This document shows positions 1 through 14,393 of a stretch of DNA of 64,000 bases, one piece after another; the stretch's first letter is position 1; each line of letters opens with the position of its first letter. The stretch comes from Eledone cirrhosa (taxonomy: Eukaryota). Location: assembly GCA_964016885.1 (NCBI GenBank), contig OZ024751.1, positions 42,594,001-42,658,000 on the forward strand, written 5' to 3'. The position numbers and the translations under genes are program-made. The notes beneath the pieces were generated by a model that ran no database searches, was not told the DNA's origin, and was given only the letters and a program-made list of their open reading frames with translations.

Positions 1-94
1 TTCCTTTATGACTGGAAAACTTATAAAATGAAATACACAAATTTAGTGTTGTCTTCCATCTTGGAAATACACTTAACACTTCCTTTCTTTGTGT

Positions 95-190
95 ACGCAT
101 CATGGCCGAATGGCGAAGAAGGTTTGCTTTGCAATCATTAAGGTCACAAGTTGGATCTCTCTGCCTGGCATCTTGGACAAGTGTCTTTTA
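95..190 (+). mobile_element. degenerate tRNA-derived SINE 5' fragment
   Basis: A-box-like TGGCCGAATGG, followed by a decayed B box and GGCATCTTGGACAAGTGTCTT, which resembles a SINE body motif. Confidence 0.4.
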
Positions 191-348
191 CACACACACA
201 CACAGACACACACAGGCACACACACAGACACACACATAAATACACACAGAGACACATACACACACATGTATATATAGGTAGATAGATAGGAATATAAAAA
301 GTAAAAGAGGAGGAACATGTCATCATGGAATTTTAGACATTTTGTTAC

Positions 349-442
349 CTGACAACAAACATTTAACCACAAACGGATTCCTGTCTTATGAGTGAAATTG
401 GGTAGACGGAAACTGTCTGGAAGCCTGTCAGATGGACTGTAC
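349..442 (-). CDS. candidate 94-nt internal exon of an unidentified host gene (YSPSDRLPDSFRLPNFTHKTGIRLWLNVCCQ)
   Basis: Unique sequence bounded on the minus strand by ttacag| and CAG|gtaaca; only one of three frames is open; protein not recognised. Confidence 0.35.
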
Positions 443-584
443 CTGTAATTTAAATAGTCAACCGTGATACACACACACACATACACTGTGTAAAGCTGAA
501 TCTCCCTGAGAATTTCGTTATGGTTATATGTCTCAATTGAATGCTCGTCATGGTATGTGTGTGTATGTCTTCTATATATTATAT

Positions 585-745
585 TGGTCGATTGGCGTCG
601 GACGCCATGCTTTACAGCATAGAGTTACGTCCCTTTACGGTCTGAGTTCAAATCCTGCTGAGGTTAACTTTGCCTTTCATCCTTACGGGGTCGATAAAAT
701 AAAGTACCAGTAATGCACTGGGATATCTGCTGGTCTATATAAGAA
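585..745 (+). mobile_element. tRNA-derived SINE, family S1 (5'-truncated)
   Basis: B box GAGTTCAAATC plus body CTTTGCCTTTCATCCTTACGGGGTCGATAAAATAAAGTACCAG, shared with several other copies in the window. Confidence 0.85.
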
Positions 746-765
746 ACCATTATATTATATTATAT

Positions 766-921
766 AAGGGCGGTGAATTGGCAGTATCGGTAGAGGGTTG
801 GACGCCATGCTTTCTAGCATAGTTACGTCCCTTTACAGTCTGAGTTCAAATCTCGCCGAGGTTAACTTTGCCTTTCATCCTTACGGGGTCGATAAAATAA
901 AGTACCAGTAATGTACTGGGG
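766..921 (+). mobile_element. tRNA-derived SINE, family S1
   Basis: AAGGGCGGTGAATTGGCAG head, B box and the same body as 585-745. Confidence 0.85.
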
Positions 922-1035
922 CAATTATATTATATTATATTATATCGAACATAAACACACACATATGTTATATATAATACACAATAATATAATAAGAAAT
1001 ATATCTAAGTGTGTTTGCAAACACATGACTGTAAG

Positions 1036-1066
<31 letters not shown>

Positions 1067-1161
1067 ACTTCTGGAAAATGTTTTCTTTAAACACGTATCT
1101 TAAAATAAAAGATTATTTTGTATCAAGGGATAACATTTTCACTTTTCACTATGGTTTTAGA

Positions 1162-1217
<56 letters not shown>

Positions 1218-1513
1218 CGTTTCTCATCACGCACGCAATTCTCTGTACCATAATATACCCCTATCCATATATATGTTCTTAAGAAGCTTTTATGCTTATA
1301 TCCTTTTAGTCTGTCGCTTTCTAATCTTTTGCCGTCTTAGGACTATAAGTGTACATATAAATGTAACACACGCATGCACAGGCACACACACATATATAAG
1401 CTTAAACACACACGCATACATATTTATATAAATATATATACACATGTTGATACATTTATTTATTTCCTTTTTCTTTATCTTTGTGTTTGTCTCATTTATT
1501 ATTGAACGATCTA

Positions 1514-1625
<112 letters not shown>

Positions 1626-1635
1626 AATCAATCAG

Positions 1636-1763
<128 letters not shown>

Positions 1764-2229
1764 GTTTCGACATTTTGGGACATCTAAATTCAATAATGAA
1801 CAAGTATATTCCATTCCTAAAACTTTTCATTCTCTTCTTTGTAAAGATTGTATCATACTTTTTTCTTTTATGTTTTTTTCCTTTTTTATATTTTAAAGTT
1901 ATACATGGTTAGTGACTCTCCAATGTAACCCCTTTCTGTTTTTCTGATGGGTACAATAAAGTGTTATAGATAACACGTTAATATCTTTCATAAGAAAGCA
2001 GGGTGTTCCGTTGAACAAACAACTGGGACAATGATCGTCGAAACCGACGGCGGTCCGTTGTTCCATACCATATAAATACTATATGACTAAATGTAATATA
2101 TTTATATTTATGACAATGTATGTTTATTGTTTTAATAATTCCCCCTGAGGGAAATTTCACCGGTTCATTCGGTTTTTCCGGCAGACGATGTGTCTATCGT
2201 CTGTTTTGTTGTTAAATGAATCGGCTCAT

Positions 2230-2900
2230 TATTGCTGCTGTCTTCTTTGTTGTTATAGTTGTTGTAGTTGTTGTTGGTGATGATGGTGTTGTTGTGGTTG
2301 TTGTTGTTATTGCTACTGTTGTCTTTGTTGTTGTAGTTGTTGTTGGTGATGATGGTGTTGTTGTGGTTGCTGCTGTCGTCGTTGTTGTTGTAGTTGTTGT
2401 TGGTGTTGATGGTGGCGTTGTGTTTGTTGTTGTTGTTATTGCTACTGTTGTCTTTGTTGTCTTTGTTGTTGTAGTTGTTGTTGGTGATGATGGTGTTGTT
2501 GTGGTTGCTGTCGTCGTTGTTGTTGTAGTTGTTGTAGTTGTTGTTGGTGATGATGGTGGTGTTGTGTTTGTTGTTGTTGTTATTGCTACTGTTGTCTTTG
2601 TTGTTGTAGTTGTTGTTGGTGGTGTTGTGTTTGTTGTTGTTGTTATTGCTACTGTTGTCTTTGTTGTTGTAGTTGTTGTTGGTGATGATGGTGGTGTTGT
2701 GTTTGTTGTTGTTGTTATTGCTACTGTTGTCTTTGTTGTTGTAGTTGTTGTTGGTGATGATGGTGGTGTTGTGTTTGTTGTTGTTGTTATTGCTACTGTT
2801 GTCTTTGTTGTTGTAGTTGTTGCTGTTGCTGCTGTCGTCATTGCTGTTGTTGTTGTTATTGCTGCTGTCGTCTTTGTTGGTTTTGTAATTGTTGTTGTTG
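2230..2900. repeat. (GTT)-derived compound repeat with ~60-bp higher-order period
   Basis: Unit TATTGCTACTGTTGTCTTTGTTGTTGTAGTTGTTGTTGGTGATGATGGT... recurs, including at 60-bp spacing. Confidence 0.85.
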
Positions 2901-3115
2901 CTGCACCACCACCACCACCACCGCTACCACTACTGTAAACAACTGTGGCCATGCTGGAGCATCACCTTAAAATGATTTTTAATCGATCCTATCGTCCCCA
3001 GTATTGTTTTTCAAGTGTTCAATAACAGTCAAAACTCCCTCAGATCAGAACCTACCAGAGACGAAAGAGATAAACATACTGAAACACGGTTAGAAAGATA
3101 TGTAACTGTACACAG

Positions 3116-3258
<143 letters not shown>

Positions 3259-3713
3259 ATACAGACATATACACACACATATATATATATATAGATATAT
3301 ACACACATATACAGATATATAGACACATATACAGATATATATATATATATATACTGAAACACGGTTACAAAGATATGTAACTGTACACAGTTATATTACA
3401 CACACACACACATATACAGACATCTACAGATATTTAGAGATATATACACATATATACACATATATACAGACATATACACACACATATATATATATAGATA
3501 TATACACACATATACAGATATATAGACACATATACAGATATATAGACACATATACAGATATATATATATACACATATACAGATGTATATACACATATATA
3601 TAGATATATATACACTTATATATAGATATGTAGACACATATGCAGATATATATATACACATATACAGATATATAGACACATACAGATATATATACAGATA
3701 TATAGACACATAC

Positions 3714-3773
<60 letters not shown>

Positions 3774-3777
<4 letters not shown>

Positions 3778-3967
3778 TTAATATAGATGAGATTCTACAG
3801 GACTAGAACTGTTTCATTCATTAGAAATCATCAGGAATCCTGATGATTTCTAATGAATGAAACAGTTCTAGTCCTGTAGAACCTCATCTATATTAAAACT
3901 GTTATACTCTGCTATGTATTGAGTACCTTACTTACTGTGGTTACCTCCGATTCAACCCGGAATAACG
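3774..3967 (+). mobile_element. PLE-type terminal-repeat fragment with 63-bp fold-back and HHR-like core
   Basis: Arms 3774-3836 and 3838-3900 with a 1-nt loop; CTGATGA(3840)...GAAAC AGTTCTA GTC; GTATTGAGTAC motif shared with family A; (TA)n on both sides. Confidence 0.7.
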
Positions 3968-4132
3968 TATATATATATATATATATATATACATATATAT
4001 ACAGATATATAGACACATATACAGATATATAGACACATATACAGATATATAGACACACATACAGATATATATATATATATACATATATATACAGATATAT
4101 AGACACATATACAGATATATAGACATATACAG

Positions 4133-4163
<31 letters not shown>

Positions 4164-4483
4164 TATATACAGATATATATAGACACATATATATATAGAT
4201 AAATAGACACATATACAGATATATATATATATGCATTAATATATAAATTATACATTAGGATGTGTATATGTGGTGTCGTATGTGCTGAGGTTGTGTTTAT
4301 TTGGTCGTTGTTAAATATTGGCGGTTGTGTAGAACAAGGGAGAGGACAACAACAGAAACAACAACAACAACAACAACAGTAACAACAGCCATAACAGCAA
4401 CAACTAACCATACACTCACCCAGACACACGATTTCATATAAAAAACCTTGCAAAACAAATTCATCGCCGCTATATATATATAT

Positions 4484-4537
4484 ATAGTCTAACAAAGTTC
4501 TTTCGTTGCACATCTGCAACATCATCAGTGGTACTAT
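4484..4537 (-). ncRNA. type-I hammerhead ribozyme motif (partly decayed)
   Basis: ATAGTACCA CTGATGA T GTTGCA-GATG-TGCAAC GAAA GAAC TT TGTTAGACTAT: perfect 6-bp stem II, imperfect stems I and III. Confidence 0.55.
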
Positions 4538-5016
4538 TATGTTCTTCCTGTTGTATTGTATAGTATATCTACGCCATTTTTGTATGTATTGTATATCTAC
4601 GCCATATATGTATGTATATGTACATATAAATGTACATATATATATGTATATTTATATATATAAATGTACATATATATATGTATATTTATATATATAAATG
4701 TACATATATATATGTATATATATATAAATGTACATATATATATATATATATGTATATGAGGGTGGCCCTTAGAAATAAGTAATAGCAATAAGTAATAAGC
4801 TGCTCCCACACCGTGGTTTTGTTACAATCAACAAAAGCACGGGGTGTGCAAAATTTCAGCTCAATGGGACACCTGTTAGGTAACCCTCAAACGTTTTGAA
4901 GTTGGAACATAGTATACGCAGCGATTCTGTTCAAAAGAGCAGAAATTTGTGTGGACACATCCAGGCAACCCCAGCAAATGTTTAAAAATGTTCTGAATCA
5001 AATTTACTAATAGTTA

Positions 5017-5345
5017 ATTTTCCCATTGCTTTTCCCATTGCTCTCCTTGTTCGCCTTTTCCCATTGCTCTCCTTGCTCTCCTTTTCTCATTGCTCTCCTT
5101 GCTCTCCTTTTCTCATTGCTCTACTTGCTCTCCCTTTCCCATTGTTCTCCTTGCTCTCCTTTTCCCATTGCTCTCTTTGCTCTCCTTTTCCCATTGCTCT
5201 CCTTGCTCTCCTTTTCCCATTGCTCTCCTTGCTCTCCTTTTCCCATTGCTCTCCTTGCTCTCCTTTTCCCATTGCTCTCCTTGCTCTCCTTGCTCTCCTT
5301 TTCCCATTGCTCTCCTTGCTCTCCTTTTCCCATTGCTCTCCTTCC
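5017..5345. repeat. 26-bp minisatellite (TTTTCCCATTGCTCTCCTTGCTCTCC)n, ~12 units
   Basis: Directly visible tandem period of 26. Confidence 0.9.
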
Positions 5346-5468
5346 TCTACTTGCTCTCATTTCTCGTCTTTTCTCATTACTCTCCTTGCTTTCTTTCTCC
5401 CCCCCTCTCTCTCTCTCTCTATATATATATATAAATCTATATATCTAAATAAATATATATATATATAC

Positions 5469-5500
<32 letters not shown>

Positions 5501-5510
5501 ATACATACAT

Positions 5511-5541
<31 letters not shown>

Positions 5542-6169
5542 CCAATATATACAATATATATATATATATGAGTGTGTAAGTGTGTATGTTTATATGTATG
5601 TGTGTATGTGTGTATGTATGTGTGATTGAGTGTGTGTCTGAGTGTGTGAGCGTATGTGCGTTATATGTAGTGATGGATGGACATGTGTGTATGTATGTGT
5701 GTATGTGTGTATGTATGTGTGTTTGAGTGTGTGTCTGAGTGTGTGAGCGTATGTGCGTTATATGTAGTGATGGATGGACAGAACAATACATTTCATTTTC
5801 CGACACCTCTGGTATCTAACACTAAACATACCCTCAGCTGTGTGTAAGTTAAATGTTAGAATAAATAAACTATCGTCTGCGTATGGAACATAGCGTAAAC
5901 AATAACTGACTAGCTAATTATTCAGACTGATAGACTGATTTATGTAGAGTTAATAGTGTTGCCAGATAACAAGGGAGTTAATTCATCTTACTAATAGATA
6001 TGTTTCTTTATTTTCCGCAAGGGCGGACAAGAAATGGGTAGCTATACAGGCTTCTGTGTGTGTGTATGTATGTATGTATGTATGTATGTATGTATGTATG
6101 TATGTATGTATGTATGTATGTATTATGTATGTATGTATGTATGTATGTATGTATGTATGTATGTATGTA

Positions 6170-6743
6170 TCCCAGTACAACCTGTCTCATGGTCGGGTCG
6201 TTGACGACTAAACTGGCAACCCCACCAAGGTTTCTTGGTGAGGAGTGTGACTTTGGACATCCTGCAGGATTAAAAACAAAACCTGTCAAAGGGCAAAGGA
6301 GCTCTTAAGAGTCAATGGCCACCCAAAATCACCGGGAGAGATGACCCCTTAGCCTTTGTCAAGGCAGAATTCTAGGAGAAGGAAAGCTCTGATATAACAC
6401 CTGCAACCCTGCTGGTATCCAATGATGTTGACTTGTTCTTCTTTTTGGTAAATATCATCTTGGTTAAGAGAGTGGGACTGGCTTTGTGCAGTGCCTTTGC
6501 TCACTATAAAAGCTTCACAGCACAGGCATTGCTTTATATCTGGAGATCTCTCTGCACTTGTCATCACATGGTACCATGGGCCCAGCACTATGTGTCAATA
6601 ATTGTCACAAGTGTAGTGTTTGTACCAGAGTTTTCAAGTTGCTGGCTGGACTAAAAAGTCACACTTGGTCAGCGCATCGGTAGGGGTTCTCCTACATGGA
6701 TATAAAGTAGTGGCCGTACTCGAAAACGAGTTGGCAGCCACCA
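6170..6743 (+). mobile_element. ~570-bp non-autonomous retroelement with RTE-like ends
   Basis: GGAGAAGGAAAGCTCTGATATAACACC resembles RTE 5' regions; 3' end CTCGAAAACGAGTTGGCAGCCACCA; near-identical copies at 11156-11490 and 25945-26403. Confidence 0.65.
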
Positions 6744-6777
6744 TATATATATATATATATACATACACACTCACATT

Positions 6778-6808
<31 letters not shown>

Positions 6809-6866
6809 GTATATATGTATATATGTATATATATATACATGTATACATATATATATATATATATAT

Positions 6867-7150
6867 GGAGGAAGTTGTAGTTCACTTGAAGCATTGTGTA
6901 ATGAGGTATAAACGTTTGGAGTTGTAAGGCCAAGACAATGCAGGTATGGATATAGAATATAAATGCAAATGCAAAAGATATTGTTGACAATTAGTCTTTT
7001 ACCTTAAATTTATTTAAATATCCTGTCCTAGGATATTTACTAAATTTAAGGTAAAAGACTAATTGTCAACAATATCTTTTGCATTTGCATTTATATTCTA
7101 TATCCATACCTGCATTGTCTTGGCCTTACAACTCCAACTCCAAACGTTTA
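6867..7150 (-). mobile_element. family C PLE-type terminal repeat, fold-back
   Basis: ~118-bp inverted arms 6907-7024 and 7030-7150; CACAATGCTTCAAG tail on one arm only; (TA)n flanks; homologous to 47970-48328. Confidence 0.75.
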
Positions 7151-7234
7151 TATATATATATATGTATATATATATGTAATATATGCACGTACTTATAGAT
7201 GTATATGCGTATGTATGTATATTTGTATGTATAA

Positions 7235-7418
7235 GAATTGTTTCTACTTTTGACACAAGGCCAGCAATTACCCAGTACATTACAGGTACTTTATTCTATC
7301 GACCCCGTAAGGATGAAAGGCAAAGTTAACCTAGACGGGATTTGAACTCAGACCGTAAAGGGACCTAACTATGCTGGAAAGCATGGCGTCCGACCCTCTA
7401 CCGATACTGCCAATTCAG
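7235..7418 (-). mobile_element. SINE family S1
   Basis: Reverse complement of the 766-921 type copy. Confidence 0.85.
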
Positions 7419-9199
7419 TATGTATAATAATGAAGTTAAAGTACACGTGTCTGTGGAATACTCAGTCACGTCATACATGTATAAACAGCTTTGTAAAATA
7501 AAACGTACATTATACTGAAAAAAAAAAGATGTAACATTGAAAATAGTATTTTTTGCCGAAATTGTGTTGTTTTCGTTGAAACAACGTCGGACTGGTTTCA
7601 AATATTAATAGTTAAGTGAAATATCAAGATTAAGACGAGAAACATAAACAGAAATAAAGAGAGGGAGAGAGAGATAGAGGGAGAGAGATGGGGAGGGAGA
7701 GAGGGAGAGAGAGATGGGGAGGCAGAGGGAGAGAGGAAGGGAGCTAGATAGATAGAATAATAGATAGATAGAGAGAGAAAGTGAGTGGGAGATAGATAGA
7801 TAGAGATAGATAGATAGATAGTTTAGGATCAAAAGCAAAGCCGAGTATTTATGCGATAAGACATTATCAGTGAAATTTGTGTTAACAAAACAAAGATAGG
7901 CGATGTCTTGTGACTACCTTAGGGGCTGAACGGATGCTGAGATGATGAGGATAGAAGAGGGGGAGGGGGAATAGGTGATATCACGTGACTATCTTTGGGG
8001 ATTAGAAGACGCTGAGATGACGAGGATAGAAAAGGAAAAAAAGGTAGATGATATCACATGAGTATCACTGAGGCTGAGATGTGGTTTGGAGGAAGGAGAG
8101 AAAAACACACAAAACATACACAAAAATAAACAAAACACACAAAACACACACTAAAATAAACAAAACACACACAAAACATACATAAAACACACACAAAACA
8201 TACACAAAACACACACAAAACATACACAAAACACACACAAAAATAAACAAAACACACACAAAACATACACAAAACATACACAAAACATACACAAAACACA
8301 CACAAAACATACACAAAACACACACAAAACACACACAAAAGAAGAAATACTAACCGAATTCTTTATTGTTGAATTCAAGATTTGATGATAAGAGAAATCA
8401 GACACGATAAGGTGGGTAAATATTTGTTTATTATCAATAAAGGTAGAACAGGGCTTTTAATGGATGGAGTGGTACTTTATTGAGCGGCCTTCTAAGGCTG
8501 AAAAGGTTCAATAAAGTGGGATTTGAACTCATAGCTTTGTGGTGAGTCGGAACAAATTCTGATGTATTTTTTAAAATAATCAATATTCTAACGCCATAGC
8601 GACTCTGGCAATTCGCCCGTCGTCTTATCATTCATAACTTTCTACAAATTCTTCATTCACTCTGTTCCCCCACATCCATCACCACCAGAAGCACCAGAAG
8701 CACCAGAAGCAGCATTAGTGGCACCAACACCATCACCACCACCACCACTACCACCACCACCACCACCACCACCACCACTAGCACCACCACCACTACCACC
8801 ACTACCACCACCAGTACCACCCATACCAGTACCACCAGTACCACCAGTATCACCACCACCACCACCGCCACCGCCACCACCACCACCACTACCACCACCA
8901 GTACCACCCCCACCAATACCACCGGTACCACCAGTACCACCACCACCGCCACCGCCACCGCCACCACCACCACCACCACCACCTCTATCATGTCCATTAA
9001 CCTTGCTCCATTAAACGGGATGTGTTAATACCCTCCACTAATTCTCCCTCCCCATACTCCCCCCTTCTCTCTGTCATGTCCTGTCCTCTATCTTCTCTCT
9101 TTTTGATCCCCCTCCCCCCACCTCCACCAACCATTTAAACACCTTCCAATATTTGATTATCTCAATAACACAGCACTTTCTCTCGTTCTTTATTTCTTT

Positions 9200-9267
<68 letters not shown>

Positions 9268-10934
9268 GTTATAATGATAACGAAAAAGAAAAATAGGAGC
9301 AGAATGAGAAGTAGAAGAAGAATGAGATGCAAAAGAAAGAAGAAGAAGAAGAAGCGAATCAGAGAAATTCTAAGACAATTCCGTGGAGAGGTGAGGGTTG
9401 AGGGTGGTGGTGGTGGGGATAATAGAAGTAGTGGGGGTGGTATGTGGATAGGGGAGTGTGAGTGTGAGAGAATGTAGTATGTATGTGCTAGTGTGTGTGC
9501 AAGAGAGTGAGTGTGAGAGAGAGTGTGAGAGAGAGGGAGAGTGTGAGAGAGAGTGTGTGTTTTTAGTAAAAAAATTACCAAATCAGGAAAAAAAGTCCAA
9601 TGTCACCACCAGGAAACAGCAGCAGCAACAACAACAACAGCAACATCACAACACAATTACAATCACAACAACAATAACAACACTAACAAGAAGCACAACA
9701 AAATGAGCCTTAAGCACAAGCACAACGCCAACAGCCTCAAGAACAGAACAACAACAATAACTACAGCAACAATAACTACAACAACAACAGCAACAACAAC
9801 AGCAGCAATGACAAGGCTGACATAAAATGTAGCAAGACACACACACAACATATTTCAAAATGGCTGCGTCAGCAGAAAAATAAAACACAATAAAACATCA
9901 CCACCACCACCACCTTCACCACCACCACCATTACCGCCGCCGCCGCGACCACCACCTTTTTCACCACCACCACCACCTTTTTCAACACCACCACCACCAC
10001 CACCACTGCCGCCGCCGCCACCACCACCACCACCGTCGCCGCCACTACCGCCGCCACCACCACCACCACCACCACCACCACAACCACCACCACCACCACC
10101 ACCACCACCACCGCACCACCACCGCCGCCACCACCACCGCCGCCACCGCCACCACCACCACCACCACCACCACCACTGCCGCCGCCGCCGCCACCACCAC
10201 CACCACCACCACCACCACCACCACCACCACCGTCGCCGCCACTACCGCCGCCACCACCACCACCACCACCACCACCACCACCACCACCACCACCACCACC
10301 ACCACCACCACCACCACCACCACCACCACCACCAACAACAATAACCACAACAAACTAGGTTACAGTTGTTAGTGAAAGACAGAAGAAAGAATGTCTTTTG
10401 ATGGACTCTTTTATATTTTCAGGTTCAATAGGAATCTGCAGTTAGAAGCTGCAGGTTGTAGCATAGTTTCACTTGTTAAAATGTCTTTTATTCTGGTTCT
10501 GCTTTCAGCCAGTAGACTGCGGCCATGCTGGGACACCACCTTAATTTAGTCGATCATATCAACGCTAGTAGATATATATATATATTTATTCAAACTAACT
10601 AACTACTACTACCATTAAACCCATCCACTTCTTTGTGGTGACATGATAGAAACCTTTCCATCTCACACGATCCAACAGTAACTACCTCAGTTCTACACCA
10701 GATAGTTCTGTATATTCCACAATGACTCACGTTTGGAACATAACTTAACAAATGTTTTTAGATAAAAATATGATGGAAGGTTTTTTTTTACTAATACTAA
10801 TATTGAATTCATCCATTTCTTTGAGGTGATATGAATTAGCACCAATATCAATATAGATCAATATTGAAACAATATTTTGAAAACACCGAAACAATTTCAT
10901 TCTGAAATTTTGAAATTTTATATTTTGTATTGAT

Positions 10935-11062
10935 TCTGGCGAAACGGCAAGAGCTCAGCCGTCGGGCCCCGACTCTTTCTAATATAGTCACATTCTACTA
11001 TCCCAAGTATCGAGTACGCTGTTGAGAAATGGTCTAACTAGTTTAATACTGGTTTCATCTTC
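10935..11062 (+). mobile_element. family A-related terminal repeat fragment
   Basis: GAAACGGCAAGAGCTCAGCCGTC (HHR 3' half) and AAGTATCGAGTAC; related reverse copy at 55840-55960. Confidence 0.6.
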
Positions 11063-11069
11063 ATATATG

Positions 11070-11101
<32 letters not shown>

Positions 11102-11119
11102 TGTATGTATGTATGTATG

Positions 11120-11151
<32 letters not shown>

Positions 11152-11155
11152 TACA

Positions 11156-11490
11156 TGGTGGCTGCCAACTCGTTTTCGAGTACGGCCACTACTTTATATC
11201 CATGTAGGAGAACCCCTACCGATGCGCTGAACGAGTGTGACTTTTTAGTCCAGCTACCGACTTGAAAACTCTGGTACAAACACTACACTTGTGACAATTA
11301 TTGACACATAGTGCTGGGCCCATGGTACCATGTGACGACAATTGCAGAGAGATCTCCAGATATAAAGCAATGCCTGTGCCGTGAAGCTTTTATAGTGAGC
11401 AAAGGCACTGCACAAAGCCAGTCCCACTCTCTTAACCAAGATGATATTTACCAAAAAGAAGAACAAGTCAACATCATTGGATACCATCAT
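11156..11490 (-). mobile_element. 5'-truncated copy of the RTE-like non-autonomous element
   Basis: Reverse complement of ~6414-6743. Confidence 0.75.
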
Positions 11491-11496
11491 ACATAC

Positions 11497-11580
<84 letters not shown>

Positions 11581-11588
11581 TATGTATG

Positions 11589-11656
<68 letters not shown>

Positions 11657-11838
11657 GGCTATCCTTATTTCTGTAGTTTCAGTGATACACACGCACACAC
11701 ACACACGCACACACTGCACAAACACTCACCCACACACATTGTTCAGACTCATACACACATTGTATAAACACACATACTCACAAACACACAAATGGTTCAG
11801 ACACACAGACACTGAACAAATAAACACACACACTGCTT

Positions 11839-11870
<32 letters not shown>

Positions 11871-11919
11871 ACGCACACGCACACGCACACGCACACGCAC
11901 ACACACACACCCACACACT

Positions 11920-12015
<96 letters not shown>

Positions 12016-12221
12016 CACACACACACACACAGCACACACTACACACATAAACTCTCTCCCTCAGACACACACAGAAATAGATTTTCGAAATCTCACATTT
12101 GTTTTTTCTGAACAGGAAGGATTTCTTGGGAAGGAATTTTGTGTGTTGACTTAATCTGAGATACTGTCTGTTGGGGGCAGACATATTATTCTGAACTGTA
12201 CAGACTTAAACGATAATACAC

Positions 12222-12282
<61 letters not shown>

Positions 12283-12283
<1 letters not shown>

Positions 12284-12474
12284 CGAGGGAAAAGTGGTAA
12301 GGAACCAGGTGGACCATAACGCACCAAAGTACTCAATACTTAGGGTAGTAGAGTGGGTAATAGGTGTAAGTAAGACCCTGACGGCTGAGCTCAAGCCGTT
12401 TCGACGGCTAATTCTGTACAGAATTAGCCGTCGAAACGGCTTGAGCTCAGCCGTCGGGGTCTTACTTACTCCTA
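12283..12474 (-). mobile_element. family A PLE-type terminal repeat with fold-back
   Basis: Palindrome centred at 12417/12418; each arm has GAAAC GGCT TGAGCTC AGCC GTC; (TA)n flanks. Confidence 0.8.
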
Positions 12475-12494
12475 TATATATATATATATATGTA

Positions 12495-13185
12495 TAAGAG
12501 AGTATTGAAGTTTGCTTGAAGCATTGTGGAATAATAAGGTAAATTTCTTTAAGTCGTTTGGAAGCCTCGACAATGCAGATGGGTAAATCTCCGGGTAACA
12601 GGATCCGGTGGTGGAGAGAGAGATGTAAGTGGGTGTACGTTGAGATGCGTAGCGTGTATAAGACTGTAACGTGTAGAGGAATGAAGGAAAGAGCGTAAAG
12701 GATAAAAATAAAAATAACAACACGAGAGAGAGTTACCTTGGGAGAGATTTAATTGTCCCTATATATTTCGGATTCACATCCATCAACTGGGGGTATTTTC
12801 CGGGGTGGGGGAAAGGTTGTCTGTCGGAAATTCAAATTCAAATTCAATTGTCTGATATTCAAAACAACGAACAGCGGAGGACACGTTTCGCACCTTTCCG
12901 ACAGACAACCTTTCCCCCACCCCGGAAAATACCCCCAGTTGATGGATGTGAATCCGAAATATATAGGGACAATTAAATCTCTCCCAAGGTAACTCTCTCT
13001 CGTGTTGTTATTTTTATTTTTATCCTTTACGCTCTTTCCTTCATTCCTCTACACGTTACAGTCTTATACACGCCACTCATCTCAACGTACACCCACTTAC
13101 ATCTCTCTCTCCCACCGGATCCTGTTACCCGGAGATTTACCCATCTGCATTGTCGAGGCTTCCAAAGGACTTAAAGAAATTTACC

Positions 13186-13186
<1 letters not shown>
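12495..13186. mobile_element. family C-related element with ~290-bp inverted repeats
   Basis: Arms 12538-12830 and 12895-13185 with a 64-nt spacer; CACAATGCTTCAAG tail; decayed HHR at 12933-12968. Confidence 0.75.
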
Positions 13187-13217
<31 letters not shown>

Positions 13218-13871
13218 TCAGGTTATCAATAATGTAGTGATAATATATCGTTACGTTTGATTGTCAAAATAGATATGAACATTCTTTATTAGTCTTAATT
13301 CTATCAACTCTTCTATTATTTACGTTATAATACAAACTGCTATAGATAAAATGAGATTTCTGATTTCTTGATTCAATTCCCTAATGCATATACCAGCTGG
13401 CTAATAGCATTGATGTTATTTAGTAGCAATCGAAATCTCCCCCTTCCCCAATTGACACTTTATAATTAATACTACTGCACCAAATGACCAGCCCTGTCCA
13501 CTGTCCAGTTGGTCAAGTAGAGATTAAAATTGGCACTCCCAAAATTCTTATTTAGATTTACTCATGGTATTCTCATTAAAAACCCATTATATACTTGTCT
13601 AGCAGTAAATTATTTTACCATCTGTCATATACTATCCCCTCTGTTCCTTCCTCTTTTATTAATATAAATACTTCAATTTTTCTGATTTTATCCAGTTTAT
13701 CCCAAATCTCTGAAGAAGTGACAACTGATTATACATTTGCTATCGAATACTTGCTAACATTATATGATTACGCAAGCAGCGATACATAGGTATTCGGTCT
13801 GTTACAGAAACATATGTCAACACTTAATAAATTCTTTTTTAACAAAAGCACTTTCATTTTATATTCATCCT

Positions 13872-14306
<435 letters not shown>

Positions 14307-14393
14307 ATAAAAGGTAAACAGAAATAATAACACCATCGGTACAGTATATGGAAGGGATATATGAGGTTAACGCTTGATATAACAGGAAGAGGG

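Noticed and set aside
2018-2062. Hammerhead-like AACAA CTGG GAC..GTC GAAA CCG-ACGG-CGG TC CGTTGTT
   Set aside because: CUGANGA core incomplete; at best a decayed copy
2212-2952. Mucin-like Thr-rich ORF
   Set aside because: (GTT)n-derived repeat, open on both strands, no signal peptide or splice support
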